Source: Planctomycetota bacterium
GTDB taxonomy: Bacteria > Planctomycetota > MHYJ01 > JACQXL01 > JACQZI01
Assembly (NCBI GenBank): GCA_016207825.1
Contig: JACQZI010000027.1
Span: 66,929-130,928 of the forward strand
Length of the DNA: 64,000 nucleotides
Reading direction: 5' to 3'
A program made the translations under genes and the position numbers. This document shows positions 9,480-18,960 of this stretch, in pieces. How positions within the stretch are numbered: position 1 is the first letter of the stretch; each line of letters opens with the position of its first letter. The notes beneath the pieces were generated by a model, which saw only the letters and a program-made list of their open reading frames with translations, was not told the origin of the DNA and searched no databases.

Positions 9480-10688
9480 ATGGCAAAGGAAAAATTCCAA
9501 CGAACTAAACCGCACCTGAACGTAGGGACTATCGGGCACATTGACCATGGCAAGACGATTTTAACTAGCACGATCACCAATGTTTTAGCCAAAGCCAATA
9601 TGTCAAAGGCAAAAAGCTATGCTGAAATCGCAAAAGGCGGCGAGCAGCGCGGCGAAACCAAAATCCTTACCATCATGGTCGCCCACGTGGAGTACCAGAC
9701 TGAAAAGCGTCATTATGCCCACATCGATTGCCCCGGGCATGCTGATTACATTAAGAACATGATTACCGGCGCCGCCCAGATGGATGGCGCGATTCTCGTT
9801 GTTTCCGCGGCTGACGGCCCGATGCCCCAGACCAAGGAACACGTCCTCTTGGCCCGCCAGGTGCAGGTCCCGGCAATCGTGGTATTCCTTTCCAAGACTG
9901 ATTTAGTGACAGACCCTGAACTCTTGGACCTGGTTGAAGTGGAAATCAGGGAACTCTTGAATAAGTATAATTTCCCGGGCGACCAGACACCGGTTGTCCG
10001 CGGCGCGGCCTTGAAAGCCCTGGAATGCCTCTGCGCCAAGCGCGATTGCCAGTGGTGCGGCCAGATTTGGAAGCTGATGGATGCGCTGGATAGCTATATT
10101 CCGCTGCCCGTCCGCGAAGTCGAGAAGCCGTTCCTTATGCAGATTGAAGACGTCTTCAGCATTAAAGGAAGAGGCACCGTTGGCACCGGCCGTGTCGAAC
10201 GCGGTAAGATTAAAGTCGGCGAAGCGGTTGATATCATCGGCTTTTCCAAGGAAATCAAGAAAAGCGTCGTAACCGGCGTGGAAATGTTCAATAAAGAACT
10301 CGATGAAGGCATCACCGGCGACAATGTCGGTATCCTCCTGCGCGGCGTTGAAAAGGCCGAGCTCGAAAGAGGCATGGTCGTGGCGGCTCCGGGAAGCATT
10401 ACCCCGCATACTAAATTCGAATCGGAAATTTATATTCTTTCCAAGGAAGAAGGCGGACGCCATACCCCATTCTTTGCGGGCTATCGGCCCCAGTTCTATT
10501 TCCGGACGACCGACGTTACCGGCAAGGTTGAATTGCCCCAGGGCGTGGAAATGGTCATGCCGGGCGACAACGTCAAGATGGTAGTGGAGTTGCAGGTGCC
10601 GGTTGCCATGGAAGAAAAACTGCGTTTCGCTATTCGTGAAGGCGGTAAAACGGTTGGTGCAGGCGTGGTGACTAAAGTCCTTGCCTAA
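9480..10688 (+). CDS. tuf: elongation factor Tu
   Basis: Near-complete EF-Tu identity ([16 protein letters not shown], NKxD, SALxA). It carries a Cys-rich insertion, [12 protein letters not shown]. Follows the four-tRNA cluster as in the thrU-tyrU-glyT-thrT-tufB arrangement. Confidence 0.97.
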   Translation: MAKEKFQRTKPHLNVGTIGHIDHGKTILTSTITNVLAKANMSKAKSYAEIAKGGEQRGETKILTIMVAHVEYQTEKRHYAHIDCPGHADYIKNMITGAAQMDGAILVVSAADGPMPQTKEHVLLARQVQVPAIVVFLSKTDLVTDPELLDLVEVEIRELLNKYNFPGDQTPVVRGAALKALECLCAKRDCQWCGQIWKLMDALDSYIPLPVREVEKPFLMQIEDVFSIKGRGTVGTGRVERGKIKVGEAVDIIGFSKEIKKSVVTGVEMFNKELDEGITGDNVGILLRGVEKAELERGMVVAAPGSITPHTKFESEIYILSKEEGGRHTPFFAGYRPQFYFRTTDVTGKVELPQGVEMVMPGDNVKMVVELQVPVAMEEKLRFAIREGGKTVGAGVVTKVLA

Positions 10689-10711
10689 AACAACCAGGAA
10701 CGTTTATAACT

Positions 10712-10861
10712 ATGCGTGAAGGTATTTTTTTGGAATGCACCAAATGCGGAGACCGTTATTACCGGGTCACTAAAAACTCTAAAAAGACGGGCAAGCTGGA
10801 ATTGAAAAAATTCTGCCGAATTTGCCGCAGTCATACCGTGCATAAAGAAAGAAAAAAATAG
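10712..10861 (+). CDS. rpmG: 50S ribosomal protein L33
   Basis: 49 aa: MREGIFLECTKCGDRYYRVTKNSKKTGKLELKKFCRICRSHTVHKERKK. Sits between tuf and tRNA-Trp. Below the size cutoff of the ORF track. Confidence 0.85.
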   Translation: MREGIFLECTKCGDRYYRVTKNSKKTGKLELKKFCRICRSHTVHKERKK

Positions 10862-10914
10862 TTCTGGCTTCATCCGGTAGCAGATTTATTTGTGATTCTC
10901 TTTAATCTTAAAAT

Positions 10915-10988
10915 AGGTCTGTAGCTCCAATTGGTAGAGCGCCGGTCTCCAAAACCGGATGTTGGGGGTTCGAATCCCTCCAGACCTG
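10915..10988 (+). tRNA. tRNA-Trp (anticodon CCA)
   Basis: Acceptor AGGTCTG/CAGACCT, anticodon stem CCGGT/ACCGG with loop CTCCAAA, T-loop TTCGAAT. Canonical position upstream of secE. Confidence 0.88.
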
Positions 10989-11014
10989 AATAAATTAATT
11001 CATATTGAAAAAAT

Positions 11015-11464
11015 ATGGGATTAAAATATTATAAAAAAGAACAGGGTAAGGTTATCCGCATCGTGACCGCTATCTGCTTGTTCCTGATGGTGTGTTACGG
11101 ATATTATTCGCTTTATCGTTTTGTCCCACCCATAAATACCGCAAATGGAAATTATACTTTTTGGGGAACCATTCTTACTAAAATACCGTTCTTCGATTTC
11201 GGGATTAATTACGGTATGATTATTTCCGCTCTTTTATGCCTGGGCACATGCTTCTTTGTGTATCTTGTCGTTTTAAATAAGCCGAAAACCGCTGAATTCC
11301 TGATAGAATCCGAAGCCGAGCTTAAGAAGGTTTCCTGGCCCTCCCGCCAGCAATATACCGGCTCATCGGTTGCCGTAATTATTTCCGTGGTCGTCTTGGG
11401 CCTTTTCCTGGTCTCGGCGGATTGGATATTTTTGCAGTTGATGAAACTCATCAGGATATATTAA
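11015..11464 (+). CDS. secE: preprotein translocase subunit SecE (three-TM form)
   Basis: C-terminal SecE signature FLIESEAELKKVSWPSRQQ plus a TM helix. Sits upstream of nusG. Confidence 0.8.
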   Translation: MGLKYYKKEQGKVIRIVTAICLFLMVCYGYYSLYRFVPPINTANGNYTFWGTILTKIPFFDFGINYGMIISALLCLGTCFFVYLVVLNKPKTAEFLIESEAELKKVSWPSRQQYTGSSVAVIISVVVLGLFLVSADWIFLQLMKLIRIY

Positions 11465-11478
11465 AGGAGAAACGAAGA

Positions 11479-12012
11479 GTGGATAAAAAGTGGTATGTCG
11501 TCAGGGTTCAAACCGGCAGGGAAGAATTCCTTAAAACCATGCTGGAAAAGCAGATCAAGGAAAAAGGATTGGATTCATTCGTTGCTCGCATACTCGTTCC
11601 CGTGGAAAAGGTTTCCGAAATACGCGGCGGCAAGAAAAAAGTCGTCGGTCGTAAGCTTTACCCCGGTTACATCATGGTCGAAATGGAATTGAATGACCAG
11701 ACTAAGGTGGCTATCCGCGAAACCCCGGGAATCGGTGATTTCGTCGGCTCCAAGAACCCGGTACCCTTGCAGAAGCACGAAGTGGAAAAAATGCTCATGC
11801 TCGAACATGCGGTCGAATCAGGCGAAAGCCCCAAGATAAAAATAGCATTTAAGAAGAACGATAACGTCCGCATAAAAGAAGGCGCTTTTGAAAACCTCGA
11901 AGGGGTCGTGGAGGAAGTTATTCCTTCCAAGGGCTTGGTTAAGGTGCTCGTGACTATTTTCGGTCGTTCTACCGAGGTCGAACTGGAATACTGGCAGCTG
12001 GAAGCGATTTAG
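11479..12012 (+). CDS. nusG: transcription termination/antitermination factor NusG
   Basis: KKWYVVRVQTGxE, a KOW region (VRIKEGAFENLEGVV). GTG start 8 nt after AGGAGA, same frame as the longer ORF-track call. Confidence 0.9.
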   Translation: MDKKWYVVRVQTGREEFLKTMLEKQIKEKGLDSFVARILVPVEKVSEIRGGKKKVVGRKLYPGYIMVEMELNDQTKVAIRETPGIGDFVGSKNPVPLQKHEVEKMLMLEHAVESGESPKIKIAFKKNDNVRIKEGAFENLEGVVEEVIPSKGLVKVLVTIFGRSTEVELEYWQLEAI

Positions 12013-12216
12013 GTTCAAATCTTCATTCTTTCACTTATCCTCAAAAGACTGATTTATTCTTAGTATCTTCGCCCCGCTCCGCTACGGGGATACCCCTCTG
12101 ACGAGGACACCCAATTATGTTAAAACCTAGGGGTAGCCGATTATTGGGAGTCCCTGACTAAAGGAATGGGATGGCAACGAATTTTCCTTGACCCCATTCT
12201 AAAATAATATAAGATA

Positions 12217-12603
12217 TTGCGTATGAAGAAAATTATTTCCACGGATTCAGCCCCAAAAGCAATCGGCCCTTATTCACAAGCGGTTGTGGCAGGGCAGTTC
12301 CTCTTTGCCTCCGGGCAGATACCGATTAATCCGTTGACTAACGAATTGGTTAAGGCCGGCATTACCCAGCAGACCGAGCAGGTCATGAATAACCTGAAAG
12401 CCGTCATGGAAAAAGCCGGCGGCAGCATGGATTCCATCGTAAAAACCACCATTTACCTGAAAAACATGGGTGATTTCGCCAAGGTGAATGAAGTCTACGG
12501 AAAATACTTTGTTTCCAATCCACCGGCAAGGGCGACTGTCGAAGTCAGCCGGTTGCCCAAAGACGTGGATGTCGAAATCGATGCCGTTGCTTTTATTGAA
12601 TAA
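12217..12603 (+). CDS. ridA: RidA/YjgF family reactive-intermediate deaminase
   Basis: 128 aa with [12 protein letters not shown]...ASGQIP...[19 protein letters not shown]...[12 protein letters not shown]. Confidence 0.85.
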   Translation: MRMKKIISTDSAPKAIGPYSQAVVAGQFLFASGQIPINPLTNELVKAGITQQTEQVMNNLKAVMEKAGGSMDSIVKTTIYLKNMGDFAKVNEVYGKYFVSNPPARATVEVSRLPKDVDVEIDAVAFIE

Positions 12604-12621
12604 ATAATCTTGTAGGGGCTT

Positions 12622-12731
12622 GCCCCGTTAGAGATTTGGAAAAAAGGATGTTTACTCTCTAAATGGGGGCTGTCTTTGAAAAATAATATATTTTCGGTTT
12701 CCCCGGGTTGAACGGCAATCTCTAACGGGGC
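12622..12731. repeat. 15-bp perfect inverted repeat (gccccgttagagatt / aatctctaacggggc) enclosing ~80 nt
   Basis: Seen directly. The right arm overlaps the 5' end of the tRNA-like fragment. Confidence 0.6.
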
Positions 12732-12790
12732 GTAGCTCAGTTTGATAATGAGCGTCCCGATAGGCATCGGGGAGGTCACTGGGTTTAAAG
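12726..12790 (+). pseudogene. degenerate 5' fragment of tRNA-Pro (tRNA-like remnant)
   Basis: Shares cggggcgtagctcagttt and aggtcactgg with the intact tRNA-Pro 100 nt downstream, but lacks a proper anticodon stem, T-arm and 3' acceptor strand. Confidence 0.4.
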
Positions 12791-12829
12791 AGGTTTAATA
12801 GAAGTAATTGGTTAGTAGTTAATGATAAT

Positions 12830-12905
12830 CGGGGCGTAGCTCAGTTTGGCTTAGAGCGCTGCGTTCGGGACGCAGAGGTCACTGGTTCAAGTCCAGCCGC
12901 CCCGA
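12830..12905 (+). tRNA. tRNA-Pro (anticodon CGG)
   Basis: Acceptor CGGGGCG/CGCCCCG, D-arm GCTC/GAGC, anticodon stem CTGCG/CGCAG with loop TTCGGGA, T-loop TTCAAGT. Confidence 0.8.
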
Positions 12906-12931
12906 TTTTAAATATAAAAGAAGGAGAGTAT

Positions 12932-13900
12932 ATGAAAGCTTGGCAAACCATTTTTATTCTCGCCTTTTTATTCATAACGGTTCTCATGGTAAACGGATGC
13001 GTTTTCATGACCATGGACTTGAAGCCAAAAGAAGATTTAGAAGAGGTCTTCGTTTCCGGCAACCAAAAGGGCAAGGAAAAAATACTTATCATCCCCATCC
13101 ACGGCACCATCCTCGGCGAAGAAGACGACGCCCCGCGCAATTGCGTCACGCCGGTAAAAATTATGGAAATCCTGAACAAAGCCACCAATGACGATAATAT
13201 TAAAGCCATCATACTTTCCGTGGATTCTCCCGGCGGCGGGGTAACGGCCAGCGACCGCATTTACAAATGCCTTAAGGAATTTAAGAAAAGCCATAACAAT
13301 ATCCCCGTTGTTACCCTGATGAAAGATACCGCCGCTTCAGGCGGATATTATATTTCCATGTCTTCGGATTATATCATTGCCCATCCCACGACTATCACCG
13401 GCAGTATCGGAGTCATTTCCATATTCGTTACACTGGAAGACCTCCTGCAATGGGCAAAGACAGAGGTCATCGTGATAAAATCCGGGGAGATGAAAGATTC
13501 CGGTTCGCCTTTCCGCATGATGAAACCGCAGGAAAAGGAATTCTTCATGAATATCATAAAGGAAATGTATGCCGGGTTTGTCAATATCGTAGATGAAAAC
13601 CGCAAAGAGCTTTCGCTTGAAAAGGTGAAAGAACTTGCCGACGGCAGGGTTTATACGGGACGCCAGGCGTTGGATAATAAATTGGTGGATGCTATCGGCT
13701 ACCAGGAAGATGCCGTTACCAAGGCCGAGTCTCTTGCCGGGATTACCGATGCCAAAGTGGTTACCTATAAAAAGCCCAGGGGCGCGTTGGAAAGCGCCTT
13801 CAGCATACAATCAAACAGTGATATCGCCCAGCTCAAGCAGATACTCCTGCAAAATACGACAACACGCTTTATGTATCTCTGGCTTCCGGGTGCAGAATAA
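12932..13900 (+). CDS. sppA: signal peptide peptidase SppA (36K type)
   Basis: Signal/TM N-terminus. ClpP/crotonase-like S49 motifs (DSPGGGVTASD, AASGGYYIS, Ser/Lys dyad region). Confidence 0.85.
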   Translation: MKAWQTIFILAFLFITVLMVNGCVFMTMDLKPKEDLEEVFVSGNQKGKEKILIIPIHGTILGEEDDAPRNCVTPVKIMEILNKATNDDNIKAIILSVDSPGGGVTASDRIYKCLKEFKKSHNNIPVVTLMKDTAASGGYYISMSSDYIIAHPTTITGSIGVISIFVTLEDLLQWAKTEVIVIKSGEMKDSGSPFRMMKPQEKEFFMNIIKEMYAGFVNIVDENRKELSLEKVKELADGRVYTGRQALDNKLVDAIGYQEDAVTKAESLAGITDAKVVTYKKPRGALESAFSIQSNSDIAQLKQILLQNTTTRFMYLWLPGAE

Positions 13901-13945
13901 GATTAGAGTATCAGGTATTCCGCTTATTTTGAAAAGGAGGCGAAT

Positions 13946-14362
13946 ATGCCGTCAAATGGAACCGAACACAGGAAATACAAACGCTATGGGGTTAAGGGCT
14001 CGGCTGTGCAGTATAAGCCGGATAGTTTCTTCAGCCTCTTTCGCTCTCTTTCCCGAAAATACATCGTGCTCGATATGTCGACCGCCGGCATGCAGTTTGT
14101 TACCAAGGAAGAGTTTAAGGAAGGCACCCATCTCCAGCTGCAGATTAGCGCGCCGCATCTCTATGATCAAATTATCCCTGTCAAAGGCGAGGTGGTCTGG
14201 TTAAGGGCCGCCCCGGAACTGCGTATTAATGTGGTCGGCGTGAAGTTTACCTCGCTGGCGCTGCCGGATAAATCCAGATTGAAATCCATCCTTGATGGCG
14301 CCGTTCTGGAAAAGGTCCATTACGCCGAGTCGATACACCTGAAAAAAGCGGATAAGATATAA
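13946..14362 (+). CDS. PilZ domain protein
   Basis: RxxxR-like N-terminus (HRKYKR) and a D/NxSxxG-like core (LDMSTAGMQF). Confidence 0.55.
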   Translation: MPSNGTEHRKYKRYGVKGSAVQYKPDSFFSLFRSLSRKYIVLDMSTAGMQFVTKEEFKEGTHLQLQISAPHLYDQIIPVKGEVVWLRAAPELRINVVGVKFTSLALPDKSRLKSILDGAVLEKVHYAESIHLKKADKI

Positions 14363-14451
14363 TAAAATTAAGAGTAAGGTTCGGATGTTTCCCGGTACAA
14401 TGCAAAATATAATAGGTTTTGCCGTGGAAGCACTTAAAGAAAGGATGGAAA

Positions 14452-15882
14452 ATGAAAATAAATAAATGGAAATTTAACCTGCTGGCTTTAATTGCAGTAA
14501 GCATATCATTAACTATAGGTGGTGTTCACACGATACTGGCGCAGGGAAAAAAGGATAAGGCGGAAGTGATTACCGCGGAGCGAATCATAAAAGACATCAA
14601 AATATACCAGAAAGAAGTGGAAGATATTAGGGGTAAGAAATTCAAGGCCGATACTACGGTAAAAAACCAGTCCATGGATGAATTTAAGCAATTCGTTAAG
14701 GCGGGATTGGATGAGGAGCTCCCGAAAGAAAAGGCGCAGTTAATCCAGGCCGCCTGGTCAAAATTGGGGCTGATCCCTAAAGATTATGATTTACGAAAAG
14801 GATTAGAAAATCTTGTGGTCAGCCAGGCCGGTGCGTATTATGATAATAAAACCAAAACGGTTTATCTGATTAAAACGGATGCCCTCCCGCCTTCTATCGT
14901 TAAAATGGCGATAGTCCATGAGCTTTGCCATGCACTGCAGGACCAGTATTTTGACCTTACGAAAATCATGAAAGATTCCATGGGAGACTACGATTATTCG
15001 GCAGCCATGCGATTCCTTTATGAAGGCGAGGCAAGCTATGTGGGGAATTTTTATGCGGCCAAAGAAATGCTTTCCGGCATGGGAATGGATATGAAATCGG
15101 ATGACCCGATGATACTCCAGCAGTTTATGCTTTTAAAATCCATGAGCCGGGAGGCCGTGTTAAAACAGAACGATGCAGAGATGGGCCAGTTAAGCGGGGA
15201 CTATCCGGCAATAAAAGCAAGCCTGGATGGCGCCAAAACCGCTCCTCCTTTTCTTTATTGGGAACTTAGCGCCCCGTATGTTTCCGGCGTGGCAAACATC
15301 GCGGAAATCATCGGCCTTAAACTCAAAAACCAGAAACAAGATTATACCGGAGGTTGGCAAAATGTGGATATTGCTTATAGCGCAAAATTAGTTTCTACCG
15401 AGCAGATCTTTCATCCGGCTAAACTGTTAACGGAAAAAGACGAACCGACAGCGGTTACTCAGCCGGAATTGCCTGAATCTTGGGAAGTGGCGTATTCCGA
15501 TAATCTCGGCGAATTCGGCTTCTGGACGCTTTATGATGTTTATGGGATTAAAGACCCAGCCAAAGCCGCCGATGGATGGGACGGAGACAAGTATTTCCTG
15601 CTCAAAAACAAGGAGAGTGATAATTACGCGCTGTATTTTTCCACGGTTTGGGACACCAATAACGACGCCGCGGATTCTTTTGAAGCGTATCAAAAAATCG
15701 TGGTTGAGAAAAATCCTGACTGGAAGAAAAGCGATGATTCAACCAAACAATCCGTGACATGGAACAGCCCGGACGGCAAGTTTACGGTTATTATGGCATT
15801 GGAAAACAATAAATGGATATCCATGGAAAACATACCGTCCGAAACGGTAAAGTTATGGAAAACCCCTCTGAAGAAAGATTAA
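14452..15882 (+). CDS. secreted putative zinc metallopeptidase (HExxH gluzincin-like)
   Basis: Signal peptide. HELCHALQD (HExxH) with a downstream Glu (YEGEASY). RBS aaagga before ATG 14452. Confidence 0.5.
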   Translation: MKINKWKFNLLALIAVSISLTIGGVHTILAQGKKDKAEVITAERIIKDIKIYQKEVEDIRGKKFKADTTVKNQSMDEFKQFVKAGLDEELPKEKAQLIQAAWSKLGLIPKDYDLRKGLENLVVSQAGAYYDNKTKTVYLIKTDALPPSIVKMAIVHELCHALQDQYFDLTKIMKDSMGDYDYSAAMRFLYEGEASYVGNFYAAKEMLSGMGMDMKSDDPMILQQFMLLKSMSREAVLKQNDAEMGQLSGDYPAIKASLDGAKTAPPFLYWELSAPYVSGVANIAEIIGLKLKNQKQDYTGGWQNVDIAYSAKLVSTEQIFHPAKLLTEKDEPTAVTQPELPESWEVAYSDNLGEFGFWTLYDVYGIKDPAKAADGWDGDKYFLLKNKESDNYALYFSTVWDTNNDAADSFEAYQKIVVEKNPDWKKSDDSTKQSVTWNSPDGKFTVIMALENNKWISMENIPSETVKLWKTPLKKD

Positions 15883-15964
15883 AGGGAATAAAAACCGTTC
15901 GGGAATACAAAGTTGATTGGTGGATTAAGCGCGAAATAAACAATCAAATCGTAAAGGATGCAAC

Positions 15965-17602
15965 ATGATGACAAGGCTTTTTAAGATGCTACCGGTGTTT
16001 TTGCTGGTTTTGGCAATGGCGGCTGACGCAATCGGACAGGAAAAAATCACCAAAGAGGAAAACGACAGATGCGTCGTGATTATAATGGTCTATGACGGGG
16101 AAGACACCTTTATCGGCAAAGGGACCGGCTTTATCGTGAAAGAGGACGGCCTGGTCGCGACTAATTTCCATGTGATAAGCGAGGCAAAATCCATAAAAGC
16201 CAAGGCAATCGACGGCAGCGTATATAAAGCCAAAGGTGTCGTCTTTGCCGATGCTACCAAGGATTTGGCTGTCCTGAAAATAGACGCCCAAAATCTGCCC
16301 TGCGTGGTATTGGGCGATTCGGATAAGCTGGGCAAAGATGACGAAGTCTACGTCATCGGCTCGCCCGGCATGGAAGAAAAACATGTATTTTCCAAGGGGA
16401 AGATAATCCGCATAAATGACCCTTCCCGGATGTCCAATTGCATCCAGATAAACGCCGGGGCTTCATTCGGGAGCAGCGGTTCCCCGCTCTTTGACAGGGA
16501 AGGGCGGGTCGTCGGCATCGTTTCCGAGGCTTCGGATGTCGTCCAAAGCCGTAATTTTGCCATACCGATAAACCTTATCAAGGATAAAATAAACAATGAT
16601 AAAGTAAAAACTTTGGATGAAGTGCTGACCGGCGATTACCCGGAATACTGGTTTTGGAAAGGCGAGGCTTATGAGCTGCAGGAGGATTACCCGCAGGCGA
16701 TGGAGTGTTACAATAAGGCGCTTGGCTTGCGGAAAGATTACGCAGAGGCATATTTCCATCTCGGGTTGGTGTATGACGCATTGGGTAAAGAAGAAGATGC
16801 CTTTAAACATTTCAGCCGGGCCGTGGAATTGCGCCGGGATGATACCCTGATGATAATGAATTTAGCCGCCTCTTATGATACCTCCGGCAACGCCCAAAAG
16901 GCGATTGAACTCCTGGAAGGCGCGATTAAGCTCGAACCGGAATTTTCCGGCTTGTATTACACCCTGGGCGTTATTTACGGCAAGATGAAAAAGACGGATA
17001 TGGCGCTTAAGTATTACAAGGAAGCGCTCGAGTTATACCCGGATTATTCAGACGCGCTCTGTAATCTCGGCGTCATTTACAAGGACGCCGGCAATATCAA
17101 GGAAGCGGCGGATTGCTTCAAGCGGACAATAGAAATAAACCCAAAAGACGATATCGCCTGCTATCATTTGGGGGTGATATATTATGATTCCAGGCAATAC
17201 AAGCAGGCGCGCGACCTTTTCAAAGTGGCGGTTGTTGCCGATAAAAACAACCATGAATATTACCGCTACCTGGCGTTATCCTACGGCAGGCTGGGCGCGT
17301 TCAAGGAATCTATCCAAGGGTTTGAAAACGCCATCCGCCTTAAGCCGGATTTCACTTCGGCCTATTGCGGGCTGGGCGCGGTCTATAGCGTCATGGGCAA
17401 ATATGACGAAGCAATCGCGGTCTTCCAAAAGGCCGTGAAGCTGGACCCAAAGATGGATTCGCTCCATATGAACCTGGGGAGCATTTACCTGGCCAAAAAC
17501 GATATTGAATCAGCGGAAAAGGAATATGAGGCGCTCGAAAAGCTGAATAAAGAAATGGCGAACAGCCTGCTGGAGATGATAAATAAGAAAAGAAAGGAAT
17601 GA
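15965..17602 (+). CDS. trypsin-like (S1C/DegP-type) serine protease fused to C-terminal TPR repeats
   Basis: Signal peptide. Catalytic-triad context (TNFHVI; DLAVLKID; GSSGSPLFD). About 9 TPR-like repeats in the C-terminal half (AxxYxxLGxxY pattern). Confidence 0.75.
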   Translation: MMTRLFKMLPVFLLVLAMAADAIGQEKITKEENDRCVVIIMVYDGEDTFIGKGTGFIVKEDGLVATNFHVISEAKSIKAKAIDGSVYKAKGVVFADATKDLAVLKIDAQNLPCVVLGDSDKLGKDDEVYVIGSPGMEEKHVFSKGKIIRINDPSRMSNCIQINAGASFGSSGSPLFDREGRVVGIVSEASDVVQSRNFAIPINLIKDKINNDKVKTLDEVLTGDYPEYWFWKGEAYELQEDYPQAMECYNKALGLRKDYAEAYFHLGLVYDALGKEEDAFKHFSRAVELRRDDTLMIMNLAASYDTSGNAQKAIELLEGAIKLEPEFSGLYYTLGVIYGKMKKTDMALKYYKEALELYPDYSDALCNLGVIYKDAGNIKEAADCFKRTIEINPKDDIACYHLGVIYYDSRQYKQARDLFKVAVVADKNNHEYYRYLALSYGRLGAFKESIQGFENAIRLKPDFTSAYCGLGAVYSVMGKYDEAIAVFQKAVKLDPKMDSLHMNLGSIYLAKNDIESAEKEYEALEKLNKEMANSLLEMINKKRKE

Positions 17603-17770
17603 GCCCTGCGGGGCGATTAGTTGTCGGCAATCAGTTATTAGCGTCTGCCGAATAAAAGGAGATAAAGTGTGAAGAAACTGATATTCCTGGCTCTTCTCTT
17701 GAGCATCCTCGGAATTACACGTCTAATCAACTTATCAACGTATGAACTTATGGGTTTTTAGCAAACTTTC

Positions 17771-18541
17771 TTATTTAATCACGAAATAGATTTCCGGGAC
17801 GGGATTAGCTTTCGGCCAGGCCGCCCGTTCGGCTTCCGCCGGGAACTTGAAAGAAGGAAAACGTTTCAGGATTAAGACCTCACAATCCGCGCAGAGCGGT
17901 GTAATGCGGCTCCGCGGGTCCATCACGCATTTCTTAACCGGCTTATCCGGCTGTCCCTTGTAAGGATACTCGTCCGGCAGGTGGAACATGGAGTGGTTAA
18001 ACTCGTGGAGGATTCCCGCGCCAAAAACTCTTAGCCCGATATCGGGTGATTTATCCCCGCCGATATCCAAAAGGTTCACGCCGACGGTAATCAGCCCGCC
18101 GAAATAGGCATGCCCGCCCTGATTCTGCGCCATCTTTTCGAGTGTTAGATATGCCTTGTCGCCGTTATTCAGGAGAATCACTTTCTTTATGAACATATTA
18201 CCGTAGGTATCGTTCCAGATAAGCTGGGAAAACCTCTGCAGTCCTTTCTTGAGCTTATCAATATCTTCCGGGGTGGCGTCGTATTTTATGGCCGCGTTCA
18301 TGCAGAGTCCCACCGGCGCGGCTTGGGAGTAGAAAATCTTGGGAACCCCGTTTTCATCCAGCTTAAAGCCTTTTAACTCTTCATCCGCCATCCATTCGCC
18401 GTCTATCATTTGGAAACCCCGCGCCTGCATGGCGTGCATCATGTAATCTTCCGAAGTCAGGCCGGGTGCGGTGGGTTTACTCTGGCAGGCGTTAAGGATA
18501 ATCAATCCGCTTAATAAAGCGGGCAGCATAACCTTTTTCAT
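17771..18541 (-). CDS. lipoprotein, peptidase M64 (IgA-peptidase)-like zinc metalloprotease
   Basis: Lipobox LLSGLIILNAC. HEFNHSMFHLPDEY matches the M64 HExxH...DEY signature. Confidence 0.55.
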   Translation of the reverse strand: MKKVMLPALLSGLIILNACQSKPTAPGLTSEDYMMHAMQARGFQMIDGEWMADEELKGFKLDENGVPKIFYSQAAPVGLCMNAAIKYDATPEDIDKLKKGLQRFSQLIWNDTYGNMFIKKVILLNNGDKAYLTLEKMAQNQGGHAYFGGLITVGVNLLDIGGDKSPDIGLRVFGAGILHEFNHSMFHLPDEYPYKGQPDKPVKKCVMDPRSRITPLCADCEVLILKRFPSFKFPAEAERAAWPKANPVPEIYFVIK

Positions 18542-18699
18542 ATAACGAATCCTTTCAATTATTAAATGAATGGAAGTTTAATATAGAAGCTGGGTATCGT
18601 TCTGTCAACAGAAATGCTTGAGTTTGTCGAAGATGACAACATTGTAATGTTTTATCCTTCCACTTATTCTTAATCTTATTTTGCTTCTTACTTAAATCG

Positions 18700-18960
18700 T
18701 TTTTCCGGCAGGGGGAGGTGGGCTTTTCGTGAGAGGGGAACAAGCCGTTTGGGAGAGGGGTCTGGCCATTCGCAATGGGGAATTAAGCCTGCCAAAGAGA
18801 CGGGAATAAATCTTTTAATAGGGGAGTCTGGCTGATTTGGGGGAGGGAAATAGCCGGCACGGGAGGGGGTTCTGGCTGGCAAGAGACGCCGGTTTATGCC
18901 GTTTGAGAGGGGAGTCTCGCCTGGCTAAAACGGGGATTAGGCGATTTTAGTAGGGGGGTA
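18700..18960. repeat. G-rich degenerate direct-repeat array (GAGAGGGGTCTGGCC-like units)
   Basis: Units: gagaggggaacaagcc, gagaggggtctggcc, aggggagtctggctg, gagggggttctggctgg, gagaggggagtctcgcctggc. gccgtttgg+gagagggg recurs ~135 bp apart. Ends in the palindrome aggggggta(N11)tacccccct. Confidence 0.55.

Noticed and set aside
9603-10584. Several 60-190-aa ORFs on both strands overlapping tuf
   Set aside because: They lie inside or antisense to a near-perfect EF-Tu reading frame. High-GC antisense frames often stay open, so these are spurious.
12940-13191. Arg/His-rich 83-aa ORF and other alternate-frame ORFs inside sppA (13037-13810)
   Set aside because: They overlap the conserved SppA frame and are low-complexity translations of the other frames.
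18555-18882. Two minus-strand ORFs of 62 and 64 aa in the G-rich repeat block
   Set aside because: Their Gly/Pro-rich translations derive from the G-rich repeats, and they have no start context. The region is more plausibly non-coding.
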